A DNA stretch of 32,000 bases from Wallemia ichthyophaga EXF-994. Lineage: Eukaryota; Fungi; Basidiomycota. The translations under genes were made by a program, and so were the position numbers. Where the stretch lies: positions 1 to 32,000 of the forward strand of contig NW_008806298.1 of the NCBI RefSeq assembly GCF_000400465.1, in the 5' to 3' direction. The notes beneath the pieces are model-generated. The model was not told where the DNA came from and ran no database searches. It was given only the letters and a program-made list of their open reading frames with translations. Below are positions 1-8,994 of the stretch, in pieces (position 1 is the first letter of the stretch; every line of letters starts with the position of its first letter).

Positions 1-108
1 TCAATTACGCTGAACCACCGGTAAAATTGATCCGGTGCTCGCCTCGGGTAATATGATTACCCGAGCCAGATGGCACATTATTTCCAACTATTTAAGCCTA
101 TGGCAGCA

Positions 109-189
109 GGTCTCTTAACTCAGTTGGTTAGAGTGTGGAGCTAATATTAGATCACTCCAAAGTCGCAGGTTCGAGCCCTGCAGGGACCA
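109..189 (+). tRNA. tRNA-Ile (anticodon AAT) with a 7-nt intron (147-153)
   Basis: The cloverleaf can be folded by hand: acceptor GGTCTCT/AGGGACC, D stem ACTC/GAGT, anticodon stem TGGAG/CTCCA, anticodon AAT at 143-145, T arm GCAGG-TTCGAGC-CCTGC, discriminator A189. Seven extra nucleotides (TTAGATC) follow position 37. Confidence 0.93.
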
Positions 190-193
190 ATTC

Positions 194-198
194 TTTTT
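194..198 (+). terminator. RNA polymerase III terminator (T5) of tRNA-Ile
   Basis: TTTTT run a few nt after the tRNA 3' end. Confidence 0.7.
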
Positions 199-639
199 GA
201 CTCCATTTTCGAATCAACCATTATTTTTGTGCGTTGACATGATTTTTCATTTCCAAGAAAACATTATTGCCAATTTTATGCATTCGAAACAACACAGTGT
301 TCGCAGATAAGCAAGAAAGGCGTAGAATATGATATACAAGTAATTAAATTGTAGAGTAGTGGGTAGAGATAGTATTCGGATGTGTGTTGTATTTGGTTGT
401 ATTCGATAGTACTTAGTATCCAGTACTCGTTGTAGTCGGTTCTGATTGATTTTACATTGTTGATAAGAAGGGATCCAAAAAGGAGGCTTGAAAGTAAGTG
501 ATGGAATTAACCGTGTGAGTGTGATTGAATAGATTTTATTAAGCGGAGCAATAAGCAGTGAGCAGTGAGCAGAGAATAATTAATGCAGTGAGTTAGATGA
601 GTGCTAAGACGATGCTGTGTGAGGTGTAAATTATGGTGT

Positions 640-2626
640 TTAGACGGGCTGATCGTGAGAGTGAGATTGAGCATGAGTATGAGTAAGTCTATCATGCTGA
701 TGTACATTCGCCTCATCAACACCGTCAACGCCCTCATCGTCATCCTCACCACCCGCCTCACTAGCATCGAAGAGGAGTCCCTTGTTAGAACCAGTCGATT
801 CACGCGCCGACCAGCTCTTGACAACCATAGTGAGAGCAACGCAGAAGATGCATAAGGCCGTCAAGCTAATGACGAGATTGAGGAGGAACATGAGATGAGC
901 AAAACCTCTACGATAAGCGGCGAAAGTAAACTGTTCGATAGAGAACATGAAGGCAATACCGCCAGCGGAGAGGAAGAAAGAAGCCAGTAGTTCCGTGACA
1001 GGTTTAGTAGGCCTCTCCGATGTGATAGGGGAGAGGTAAGTGAGAGCGTAAGTAGAGCATCTGCAGAGAGCAAACAGAGCGAGGAAGTTGCCGAAAAGGG
1101 CGTGTTGACTAACAGCGAAAGCGTACTCCTGGTGATGGGACGCCATAGCGAATCCAGTAATACCAATAGCTAACGCAGGGAATGGATTGGGGTTGGGCTG
1201 GTCGGGACGATAGCTGCCGAAGAGGCGTCTAACACTCCTCAGCTCTATCAATAGACCTAGTCCACCAACGAAGAAAAACATCACCGCTATAGACGCATGT
1301 TGCACTTGCTTCATCGACCATGGATCACCCGCTTTCGCACCGAATCGCTCCATGAACGTGTTCGTGCAGCCGTATGTGAAAATGACTAGACATTCCACGA
1401 ACTCTGCACTGACACAGCGCGCTTTCCAGTTGCGTAGGCTGCGGCGAGGAGTGAGATTCCATGCCCATCCAATGTCGGCATAAGCGCCGCAGTAGCGTCC
1501 GAAAGTGAGTAGACCATATCCGAAGAAAATACCGCCTTTAATGAGGTGGGCGAGACAGCCATTGAGATAAGTGGCGTGGCAAATACCGCTGTAGCTGACA
1601 ACACCGGTGGTTACACCAGCGAAACCCAAGGGGAAGGTAGTGCGGTCGAGGGTGAGTTTGAGGTAGTGTGCAATAGCTAAGCCACGCTCCTTCCAGGAAA
1701 GTTTAAGGGAAGAATAGTTGAGCTTTGCGAGGTGCTCTGGCTGGTCGTCATTGAGGGTCATTTCAGATCTGCGCGAGTCGGACGAAGCGGGAGAGTCAGC
1801 TTCGTCGTCGTAGTCGTGGAGGTGGGTAGTTTCGTAGAGAGGAATATTGTCATTTTCGGCTTGTGAGTGGTTTGAAGGGGGAGCGCGGTCAACATCCTCT
1901 AAAACGTTAACTTTAAAAGAGTTTAAGGATTTGTAGTTGGTGGATTTGTACCACGTCCAAGCTTTTTGAAGGAAACGGAAGCTGTCATATCCGGAGAGAG
2001 CGGCAATGAGGAATAGAGTGAACCAGCCAAGTTTACCGTGTGCGGAGTGAGAATATCTGTTCGTACGAGAGATTAGTAAATTGGATGACGTCAGGAGATT
2101 GGCTTACAAATCGGGCGTAAGTTTTTTGTAGATGGTGGAGAAGGCGGTGGAAGTGGAGATGGTAATGAGAAAGAGTAGATTGACTAAGCCGTATAGGCTG
2201 CTGTGAGATGCCTTCAAAGCGAGGGCTACTCGAGTTAGTTGGAGTGGATATAAAACTCAGGAACCCACCGAAAGGAAGCAAAATGGCAAAAGAGAAGGTC
2301 ATACCAATAGCGTGCATAATCATCCAAGCGGGTTTAGACGAGTTATCAGATTCATAGTCGTATTCATAGAAGCTCATTGAATCAGCGCCGTGTTTGATCA
2401 GTATTTCTGTCTCGTTGAGGGATTCCATGGTCATAGTCATGGGCATAGTCATGGGCATATTATTGGTGTGATTGGCTGTGTGTTCTGCGTGTTCTGCATG
2501 TTCTGCGTGTTCTGTTGTGAGGTTTGAACTGATATTGCTATTTGATGGGCTATCAAGCTGAGCCGTAGTAACACCCGCTAAAGCAGATAAAATCGATAAA
2601 GATGATAAGATAAATTTAAATTTCAT
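640..2626 (-). CDS. Secreted-leader multi-pass membrane protein, DUF2427 + Ytp1-like family (YCR061W-like), ~630 aa; exons 2626-2269, 2225-2108, 2056-640
   Basis: N-terminal signal peptide. Motifs LNETEIL..HG..MSFYEYDY, HAIGM, TPDLYSHSAHGKLGW, GGIFFGYGLLTFGRYCGA..DIGWAWN, SAEFVEC.VIF.YG..NTFME, QHASIAVMF and MASHHQ. Two GT-AG introns (43 and 51 nt) with CTAAC/CTAAT branch points join the ORFs in frame. Confidence 0.85.
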
Positions 2627-2703
2627 CTCCTCGTCGTTATGAAGATCCCCAATAAATGGAGCGCGCGAGATTTGAATTGGGCGCCGAGTTTTTAAATTGT
2701 ATC

Positions 2704-3516
2704 ATGATCACTGACAGGGAATTGGCAGATATTTTGACAGCGGAGGGTTTGGCGGGAAGGGGTGGTAGTGGCAGTGGCAGTGGGAGCACACATCCACCGC
2801 CTATCAATCAACGCTTTCTTCTTAACACGCTTAGATCAGTCGATGATCACAATAAGGGCGTGACTGGGAGTGGGAGTGGGAGCGGCAGTGCCAGTACCAG
2901 TGTCAGTACTAACACAAACACCAATAATATTCCCGGGGCCACCTCTCCAAATCACTCAGACCAACGCACACCCGACAGTAGATCATTCGCTGACTTCCAA
3001 AAGAAGAAGCGCAGGAGAGTGGATGATAAGCCATCTAAAAATTCTAGAAAAACCTCGAGAGAAACCACGACTATACCCTCGAAAATGGATAAATACTTTG
3101 AACACGACTATGATCCAGCCATTGATTTCACTCCTCCGGAAGACGCAAATGAAATGGATTTTGACGCATGGAATACCATGCTTGATACTATCGATCTGCG
3201 TAATAAACGGAGGCGGCAGCGTGAGGCTGAGCTCTGGGAGGAGGAGAAGCATCGTCAACGTCATCGCAGTAATCAGCAGCTAGGCAGGGAGAAGGCTAAA
3301 GTGGCTAAATTACTTGGACCAGATGCAGAGAAGGAGTACAAATCGCGTAAAAGGGAGGAGAAGAGGATAAGGAAGGAGCAAACGCGTGAGAGTATAAAGT
3401 TACAAGCAATAAATAGTGTGGGTAGCTATAATGAGGATAATAAATCAGATGACTTGTTCAATATGGAATATTCAAAGAAGGGATCAACTAGAGCATGGGA
3501 TGTTGGTAAGGAATAG
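2704..3516 (+). CDS. Conserved fungal hypothetical protein, K/R/E-rich and probably nuclear, ~270 aa
   Basis: Long ORF with family-like blocks (NQRFLLNTLRSVDDHN, SKMDKYFEHDYDP, WNTMLDTI, RAWDVGKE). ATG 2704 is preferred over 2656, which would sit only 29 bp from the divergent start at 2626. Confidence 0.7.
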   Translation: MITDRELADILTAEGLAGRGGSGSGSGSTHPPPINQRFLLNTLRSVDDHNKGVTGSGSGSGSASTSVSTNTNTNNIPGATSPNHSDQRTPDSRSFADFQKKKRRRVDDKPSKNSRKTSRETTTIPSKMDKYFEHDYDPAIDFTPPEDANEMDFDAWNTMLDTIDLRNKRRRQREAELWEEEKHRQRHRSNQQLGREKAKVAKLLGPDAEKEYKSRKREEKRIRKEQTRESIKLQAINSVGSYNEDNKSDDLFNMEYSKKGSTRAWDVGKE

Positions 3517-3538
3517 TTAGTTATATAGTTATATACAT

Positions 3539-4180
3539 CTATATCTTATTCACAATTTCCTCTACAAAATATACATGTAATCTATAATCGCGAGTTAGTT
3601 CTGGGTGGAAAGTTGTGCACATCTTATTGGCTTGGCGCAGAGCAACAACGTGACCTTGTGGAGCAACAGAATGGTCTACTGGGTTTGAAGGGAGCGAGGC
3701 TAGCTCTATAATATTTTTATTATCTGAATATGAGTGTAGAATGGGTGCTCTGATGAAAATACCATTTACAGGGCCACCATTGATGCAATTGAAAGGGATG
3801 TCTTCCTGGAATGACTCCAATTGACAACCATATTGATTTCTATTTACTATCATATCCATTCCACCGAATAACTCCTGACCGCCTTTCTTTGTTTGACTGG
3901 CTTCCTTAGCGAGTAGAATCATACCAGCGCAAGTACCCCAGACAGCTGTGTTTGGGTTACTGCAGAATTCCCTTAAAGCGCCTAATAAACCGGATCTACT
4001 CGCCACCAAGGACATTGTAGTTGATTCACCACCTGGGATAATCAAACCGCAACAGCTGCGTAGCTCTTCAATGGATCTAACTTGAATAATATTATAATTT
4101 GAAATAGACTTGAGTATGTTACAGTGTTCTTCAAATGCACCTTGAAGTGCCAGTACTCCAATTGTGCTCCTTATTGACAT
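3539..4180 (-). CDS. PDX2: Pyridoxal 5'-phosphate synthase glutaminase subunit (PDX2/SNO), 213 aa, intronless
   Basis: GVLALQGAF.EH, PGGESTT, WGTCAGMILL (catalytic Cys), FIRAP and FHPELT (His-Glu) motifs. Confidence 0.96.
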   Translation of the reverse strand: MSIRSTIGVLALQGAFEEHCNILKSISNYNIIQVRSIEELRSCCGLIIPGGESTTMSLVASRSGLLGALREFCSNPNTAVWGTCAGMILLAKEASQTKKGGQELFGGMDMIVNRNQYGCQLESFQEDIPFNCINGGPVNGIFIRAPILHSYSDNKNIIELASLPSNPVDHSVAPQGHVVALRQANKMCTTFHPELTRDYRLHVYFVEEIVNKI

Positions 4181-4201
4181 TGTTGATTCTATTCATTCAT
4201 C

Positions 4202-5319
4202 ATGGGTGAGTTATTCTGTTGATAGATTTTAATTTTAATTTCCTAAATCTACATCTTACAGCCAACCAATTATTTCAAAATACACAGCCATTTGGTGATG
4301 GATTTACTTCACACGGCGCCGATTCCACTCAAGCAGAGGAAAGAGATAGCGTCGGTGAGATGCACACCCAACCCAGTGATCCCGCTATTCAAATTAACAG
4401 GAGAACCTCCGTCTCCGCTGAATCCATTCAGCCTAACAAGAATCCTGTTAATCCTCCCAAATCTCACATCCCCAAATCACCAGATCAGAAAGCCAGGCTA
4501 CAGAAAGCTCTTGCAAAGAATTTCCTATTTAAAAATCTCCACGACGAGCAGTACGATGACGTACTCAACGCCATGAAAGAGGTACCCGTTCCGCATGGCA
4601 AGTGGATTATCGAGCAAGGCGACGACGGCGACTATTTCTACGTCGTCGAGAAGGGTGCCTTTTCTGCGTACATCCGCGAAAAAGTGGATTCTGAGAAAGT
4701 TGAGCAGCGTCAGGGTGACGTCACACCTCCTCAATCCTGTCCAGATGGCTACTTGCTAAAGAAAGTGCTTGACTATGGTCCAGGTGGTAGTTTCGGTGAG
4801 TTGGCCCTAATGTACAATGCACCACGCGCCGCTTCCATCCTCGCCACCTCCCCATCAACGCTATGGGCTGTCGACAGGCTCACCTTCCGCTCGATCCTTC
4901 TCAACCACACCTTTTCCAAGCGCAAACTGTATGATGCCTTCCTCGCCGAAGTTGGTCTCTTGCAATCGTTGCAACCCGCCGAACGCAGCAAGATCGCAGA
5001 TGCACTTGAATCTCGCTCTTACGCACCTTCTCAACATGTTATCACACAGGGAGAACAAGGCGACGAGTTTTTCTTCATCGAAAATGGTGAAGCGGATATT
5101 ATCAAGAGCGGTGTTAAAGTTGGTGCTTATCGTAAGGGTGACTACTTCGGTGAACTCGCCCTCCTTAATTCTGCTCCGAGGGCGGCGACCGTTGTAGCAA
5201 GTGAGTCACAGTCTACGGATGACGGTAGACTTAAGGTGGCTGCTCTCGACGAACCCGCCTTCACCAGATTGCTGGGCCCTGTCAGAGATATCATGGCGAG
5301 ACATGCTGAGACTTACTGA
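4202..5319 (+). CDS. BCY1: cAMP-dependent protein kinase regulatory subunit, ~353 aa; exons 4202-4205, 4262-5319
   Basis: Inhibitor site RRTSVSAES and two cNMP-binding domains (FGELALMYNAPRAA; FGELALLNSAPRAA). A 4-nt first exon ATGG is followed by a GTGAGT...TTACAG intron (56 nt) that restores the frame. Confidence 0.95.
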
Positions 5320-5513
5320 GTGTGCACACATACACACCCGCACACTCACTCTCACGACCGATAACGCGATTACATAACGAGATAACAAGGGAAGAAAACA
5401 AGAAGAAGCCTGTAGTAGTCACATAGTCATTTACTTATATAATTACATAGTCAAGCTCATTTTATATTCCATTTCACTCCCCACCTTGTTCTTCTCTCTT
5501 GCACAATACACAA

Positions 5514-7239
5514 ATGACGCACAATCTCAGCGCACACATGCACGATACAGGTGGGGGGTTTTACACGAGTGTAGATCTGCCTATGTTCCGCGTGAGTGAG
5601 CTTGGATTCTCGCAGCCGCCTACACACCACTCACACCAACCCATACCAGCTCGGATTCAGATACTATGCATGCGAAGCGTATCCAGAGAAGCCATCAGCG
5701 TTCCGCACTATCCCATACGCGGCGACAAATGTGGCCTTCTCGATGCAAGATCGCTCACCACACGTAGAGTTTAGCCGCGATCGCAGGAGTGTCCGTGCGA
5801 ACACGGGTTACCGGTCCATACGCACGCCCGAGCCTATGCGACAGGGTACGTATTATTACGAGGTGCGCGTTGACCGCGGAGGCGAAGAGGTGGTGGTGGA
5901 CAGTGGCAGTGGGCGTGATCGTGACGACGGCGGTAATGGCAGTAGGAGTGCTGCTACACCCACAAACGCCTCTGCAGAACCGCCAAACGCCCACGTGCGC
6001 ATTGGCGTCAGTCGCAGACAAGCAGAGTCGGGCGCACCGGTCGGATACGATGGCTACAGTTATGGATGGCGCGACGCGAATGGACACAAGGTGCATCTCA
6101 GTCGCTCCCAGCGCTGCGCAGAAGGGTTCAAGACGGGTGATGTGGTCGGAGTGTTGGTGCATTTGCCACAGAAAGGCGACTCACATGCCAACACCAGCAT
6201 CAGCATCAACAGATCGCGTATACCGATCAAATACAAAGACAATCTCTGGTTCGAGCTGCCTGAGTATGCGCAGAGCAAGGAGATGGAGCTGCTAATGGAG
6301 TTCGGCAGCGAGGAGGAAATACAGCTCCCGGTGGACCAGGGCGGAGGTAGTAATAGTAAGATGGGCAAACGGCCACCGAAAGGCATCAAAATACCCCGCA
6401 TCCCTGGCTCGTTTATAGAATTCTACAAGAACGGTAAAAAGGCACATACACACCCAGCCTTCACGGATCTACTTGATTACACTCCCACACCGACACCTGC
6501 ACCGCGTGAGCAGGCGAAGAAGAGGGGGAAGGACGCACCCGCACCTCAGCTCAAGCACGATATGGACTACGACGACGGTACATGCGGGTATTATCCGATG
6601 GTGAGTCTATTCGGCGGTGGACAGGCAACACTCAATCCCGGTCCTAATTTTGTTTGTCCGCCAGACACAGCGCATAGATATACCCCCCTCGCTGCGCGTT
6701 TCGAGGAATTCTGGTATGATGAAATGCGAACGCTAGACGACGCGGCGTGCGCGAATGCCCCCGTTTACTCACATCTCGACCAATACCAGCCACAACCTCA
6801 GCCCCAGATTCAGCCTCAGGCTAGTCCCCACACACTCCCGCAACCCAAGTCCGTCGACGACCCTCCGGCCAACCCCCTTCCAGGCGCGACCGACGCGACA
6901 CAGAGCCTCAACCAGCAAGTGCACAGTGAGGTGGATGCGTCGCAGATTGAGACGCAGTTACAGTTGCAATTGCAGACACAGACGAAGGAGCATGTCGCAC
7001 AAAACCACCTACAACCCAACTCACAGCCAAACTCAAATATACACGAACAGCGCACATTAAACGCCCTTCCACCACCACCGCAACCACCCACCCAGCTCTT
7101 TCACCCCACCTTCGACATACCGTATCCCATCGAAATACCAGATGCGCCGGATGTTCAGATGCACGACGAGCACATGGAATCTGACTCGGATTATGAGACT
7201 AACGGTAGCGCTGGGCGCAGGCAGCGCAGGGGTCACTGA
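5514..7239 (+). CDS. ASH2: COMPASS/Set1C subunit Ash2/Bre2 (SPRY domain), ~555 aa; exons 5514-5591, 5650-7239
   Basis: SPRY motifs YYEVRV, HVRIG..R......PVGYDGYSYG.RD, GF..GDVVG..VHLP, RIPIKYK..LWFE, IEFYKNG and GYYPMVSLF.G..ATLNPGP.F. A 58-nt intron joins PMFR|LGFRY in frame. Confidence 0.92.
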
Positions 7240-7298
7240 GGAGTGTAATTTCTATTATTTTTTTATGGTTTTATTTTTATGTTGAGTCACTATCTACC

Positions 7299-7350
7299 AC
7301 GCGACAACGCGACGCGGCCAGAAACGCGAAAGACGAAACTCGAAACGCGC
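7299..7350. promoter_or_regulatory. Cluster of MCB/SCB-like cell-cycle elements upstream of the TOS4-like gene
   Basis: Five ACGCG cores at 7299, 7307, 7312, 7324 (ACGCGAAA) and 7345, plus GACGAAA and CTCGAAA, ending 35 bp before ATG 7385. Confidence 0.7.
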
Positions 7351-7384
7351 TTCAAACTCGACGACGAGGAGAAGAAAAGTGAAA

Positions 7385-8860
7385 ATGTATTCAGCGCGCG
7401 CGGAAAGCAGCAGCTACAAAGACAGCAAAGACGGCAAAGACTACAAAGAAAAGGAGAACTATCTGCCTACGCCAGAACCGAGCAGCGATGCAGGAGTGTA
7501 TGGGGAGGGAAGTGCGTACGTGCCTGCGCCGGTGCACAAACCAGCACTCAAACCCATGCTTAAGAGAGGAATCCCGTGTATGGGCACAGCTGTCGGTGGC
7601 TTGAATGGTTTGGATGGTCTCGCACAGGTCGCTGGACTCGCTACACCTCCACCATCCTCGCCTGTGTCTGTGCACGCCGACATACAAAAGCAGGAGCAGG
7701 AGCACACTTACTCGGATTTTACCTCTATCGACAGCGACAGCGCCAGCGCGGAGAAGCAACGCGACGACAACGACGAACTGCTGACACGCGCCACACCAAC
7801 CAAACCAACACAGCCACCTCAACCAGAAACACACATCCACGCGTCGCCCACACGCACAACGGTGATTGGACGCGGACGGCAAGACTGGCAGAAGGCGCAA
7901 GGGTGGCATGCGCATCTGCAGCAGACGGACGGCCGTGCGCGCCACTACGTGTTTCCATCCACACATGGCCACGTGAGCCGGGTACATTTGTGCGTGTCGC
8001 CGGACGCGCCGCACAACAGCTACACGGTGCACGTACTCGGGCGCAACGGGGTGACTGTCAACGGGCGACACATAGCCCGTGGTGCCAGACTGCGGATGGC
8101 GCATAGACGCGGAGGCGTCACTGTTAGCTGTCTTGTGCCGCACCGACTCGCTGCGAGGCCGCGGTACAAACTCGTCGCTAGGTCGCAGACACCCGCTGTC
8201 GATGTCGCCCTCGGACACACTCGCTTTGCCTTTCATTGGAATGACCTCATTCAGCCTAAATCTGTCCTTAGCGATTGCGTCAGTGATGAGAGCGAGAGTG
8301 AGGAGTGCGACGCGGACGGCGCCCGCGCAGGGCCTGCCACACCTACTAAGCGCAAGAGGGGCGGCAAGCAGGAAAAAAATGTGGTGAATAGTGTAGATGG
8401 TGCAGATGGTGTAGACAAATTAAACACGGCGACACACACAGAACACCCAAACACTCACAGTCACAACCACACTCACACACTTCAACACCTCGGCTTGGTC
8501 GCGCAGACACTCGCACTCAACGTGCCCACATCGCTCACACCCGTCACGGATATCGTCGGCTGCCTCCTCGCAAACAACCCCTCGCTGAAAGATGGTAGGG
8601 CGCATTGGGAGGAGATGGTCGAGCGCACACTCCTAGACGCTCCAGGCGAGATGTTTGGCTGCGTCGAACGCTCCGGTCGCGACGCCGCTAATAGACCCCT
8701 CCCTAACCTCTACTACTACCAGCCTGCAAATGACCCCGACAGAGTGCGCGCTCAGTCTCTCGCCCCTCTCACTCGCGTACCCCGCCTCGCTTCGCGCGCT
8801 TCACAAGCTAAATCTATCTTCTGGAAACCTGTCTCTGTGCGTCCGAAGAAAAAGTGGTAA
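7385..8860 (+). CDS. TOS4: FHA-domain protein of the Tos4/Plm2 family, ~491 aa
   Basis: N-terminal PTPEPSS; FHA-like core (VIGRG...HVSRVH...VLGRNGVTVNG); C-terminal block VERSGRDAANRPL..LYYYQP..DPDR.R...R...K..FWKP typical of this family. The true ATG is two codons after the GTG used by the ORF track. Confidence 0.75.
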   Translation: MYSARAESSSYKDSKDGKDYKEKENYLPTPEPSSDAGVYGEGSAYVPAPVHKPALKPMLKRGIPCMGTAVGGLNGLDGLAQVAGLATPPPSSPVSVHADIQKQEQEHTYSDFTSIDSDSASAEKQRDDNDELLTRATPTKPTQPPQPETHIHASPTRTTVIGRGRQDWQKAQGWHAHLQQTDGRARHYVFPSTHGHVSRVHLCVSPDAPHNSYTVHVLGRNGVTVNGRHIARGARLRMAHRRGGVTVSCLVPHRLAARPRYKLVARSQTPAVDVALGHTRFAFHWNDLIQPKSVLSDCVSDESESEECDADGARAGPATPTKRKRGGKQEKNVVNSVDGADGVDKLNTATHTEHPNTHSHNHTHTLQHLGLVAQTLALNVPTSLTPVTDIVGCLLANNPSLKDGRAHWEEMVERTLLDAPGEMFGCVERSGRDAANRPLPNLYYYQPANDPDRVRAQSLAPLTRVPRLASRASQAKSIFWKPVSVRPKKKW

Positions 8861-8994
8861 CTTTGTTATTTGTAGTTTGATTGATTGCTGATGCATGTAT
8901 ACATATATCTAGAACATGTCGTATGAAAAGTGTAAAGTATAAAATGTAAAATGTAAAGCTCAAGTATAAAGTATTAGTGAAACAGTAAAAGCTT

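Noticed and set aside
247-579. ~110-codon stop-to-stop open frame on the minus strand downstream of the Ytp1-like gene
   Set aside because: No early ATG, no recognisable motifs, and several stops separate it from the Ytp1 frame; most likely 3' UTR or intergenic DNA.
4219-4261. ORF-track N-terminus MIDFNFNFLNLHLT of PKA-R
   Set aside because: It starts at TTG inside the predicted first intron; the real start is ATG 4202.
5499-5774. 91-aa ORF overlapping ASH2
   Set aside because: It is the first ASH2 exon read through its intron, not a separate gene.
7391-8236. 281-aa antisense ORF over the TOS4-like gene, and similar shadow ORFs over SPT6, LSM1 and MPP10
   Set aside because: Antisense or alternative-frame shadows of GC-rich or low-complexity coding sequence, with no family motifs.
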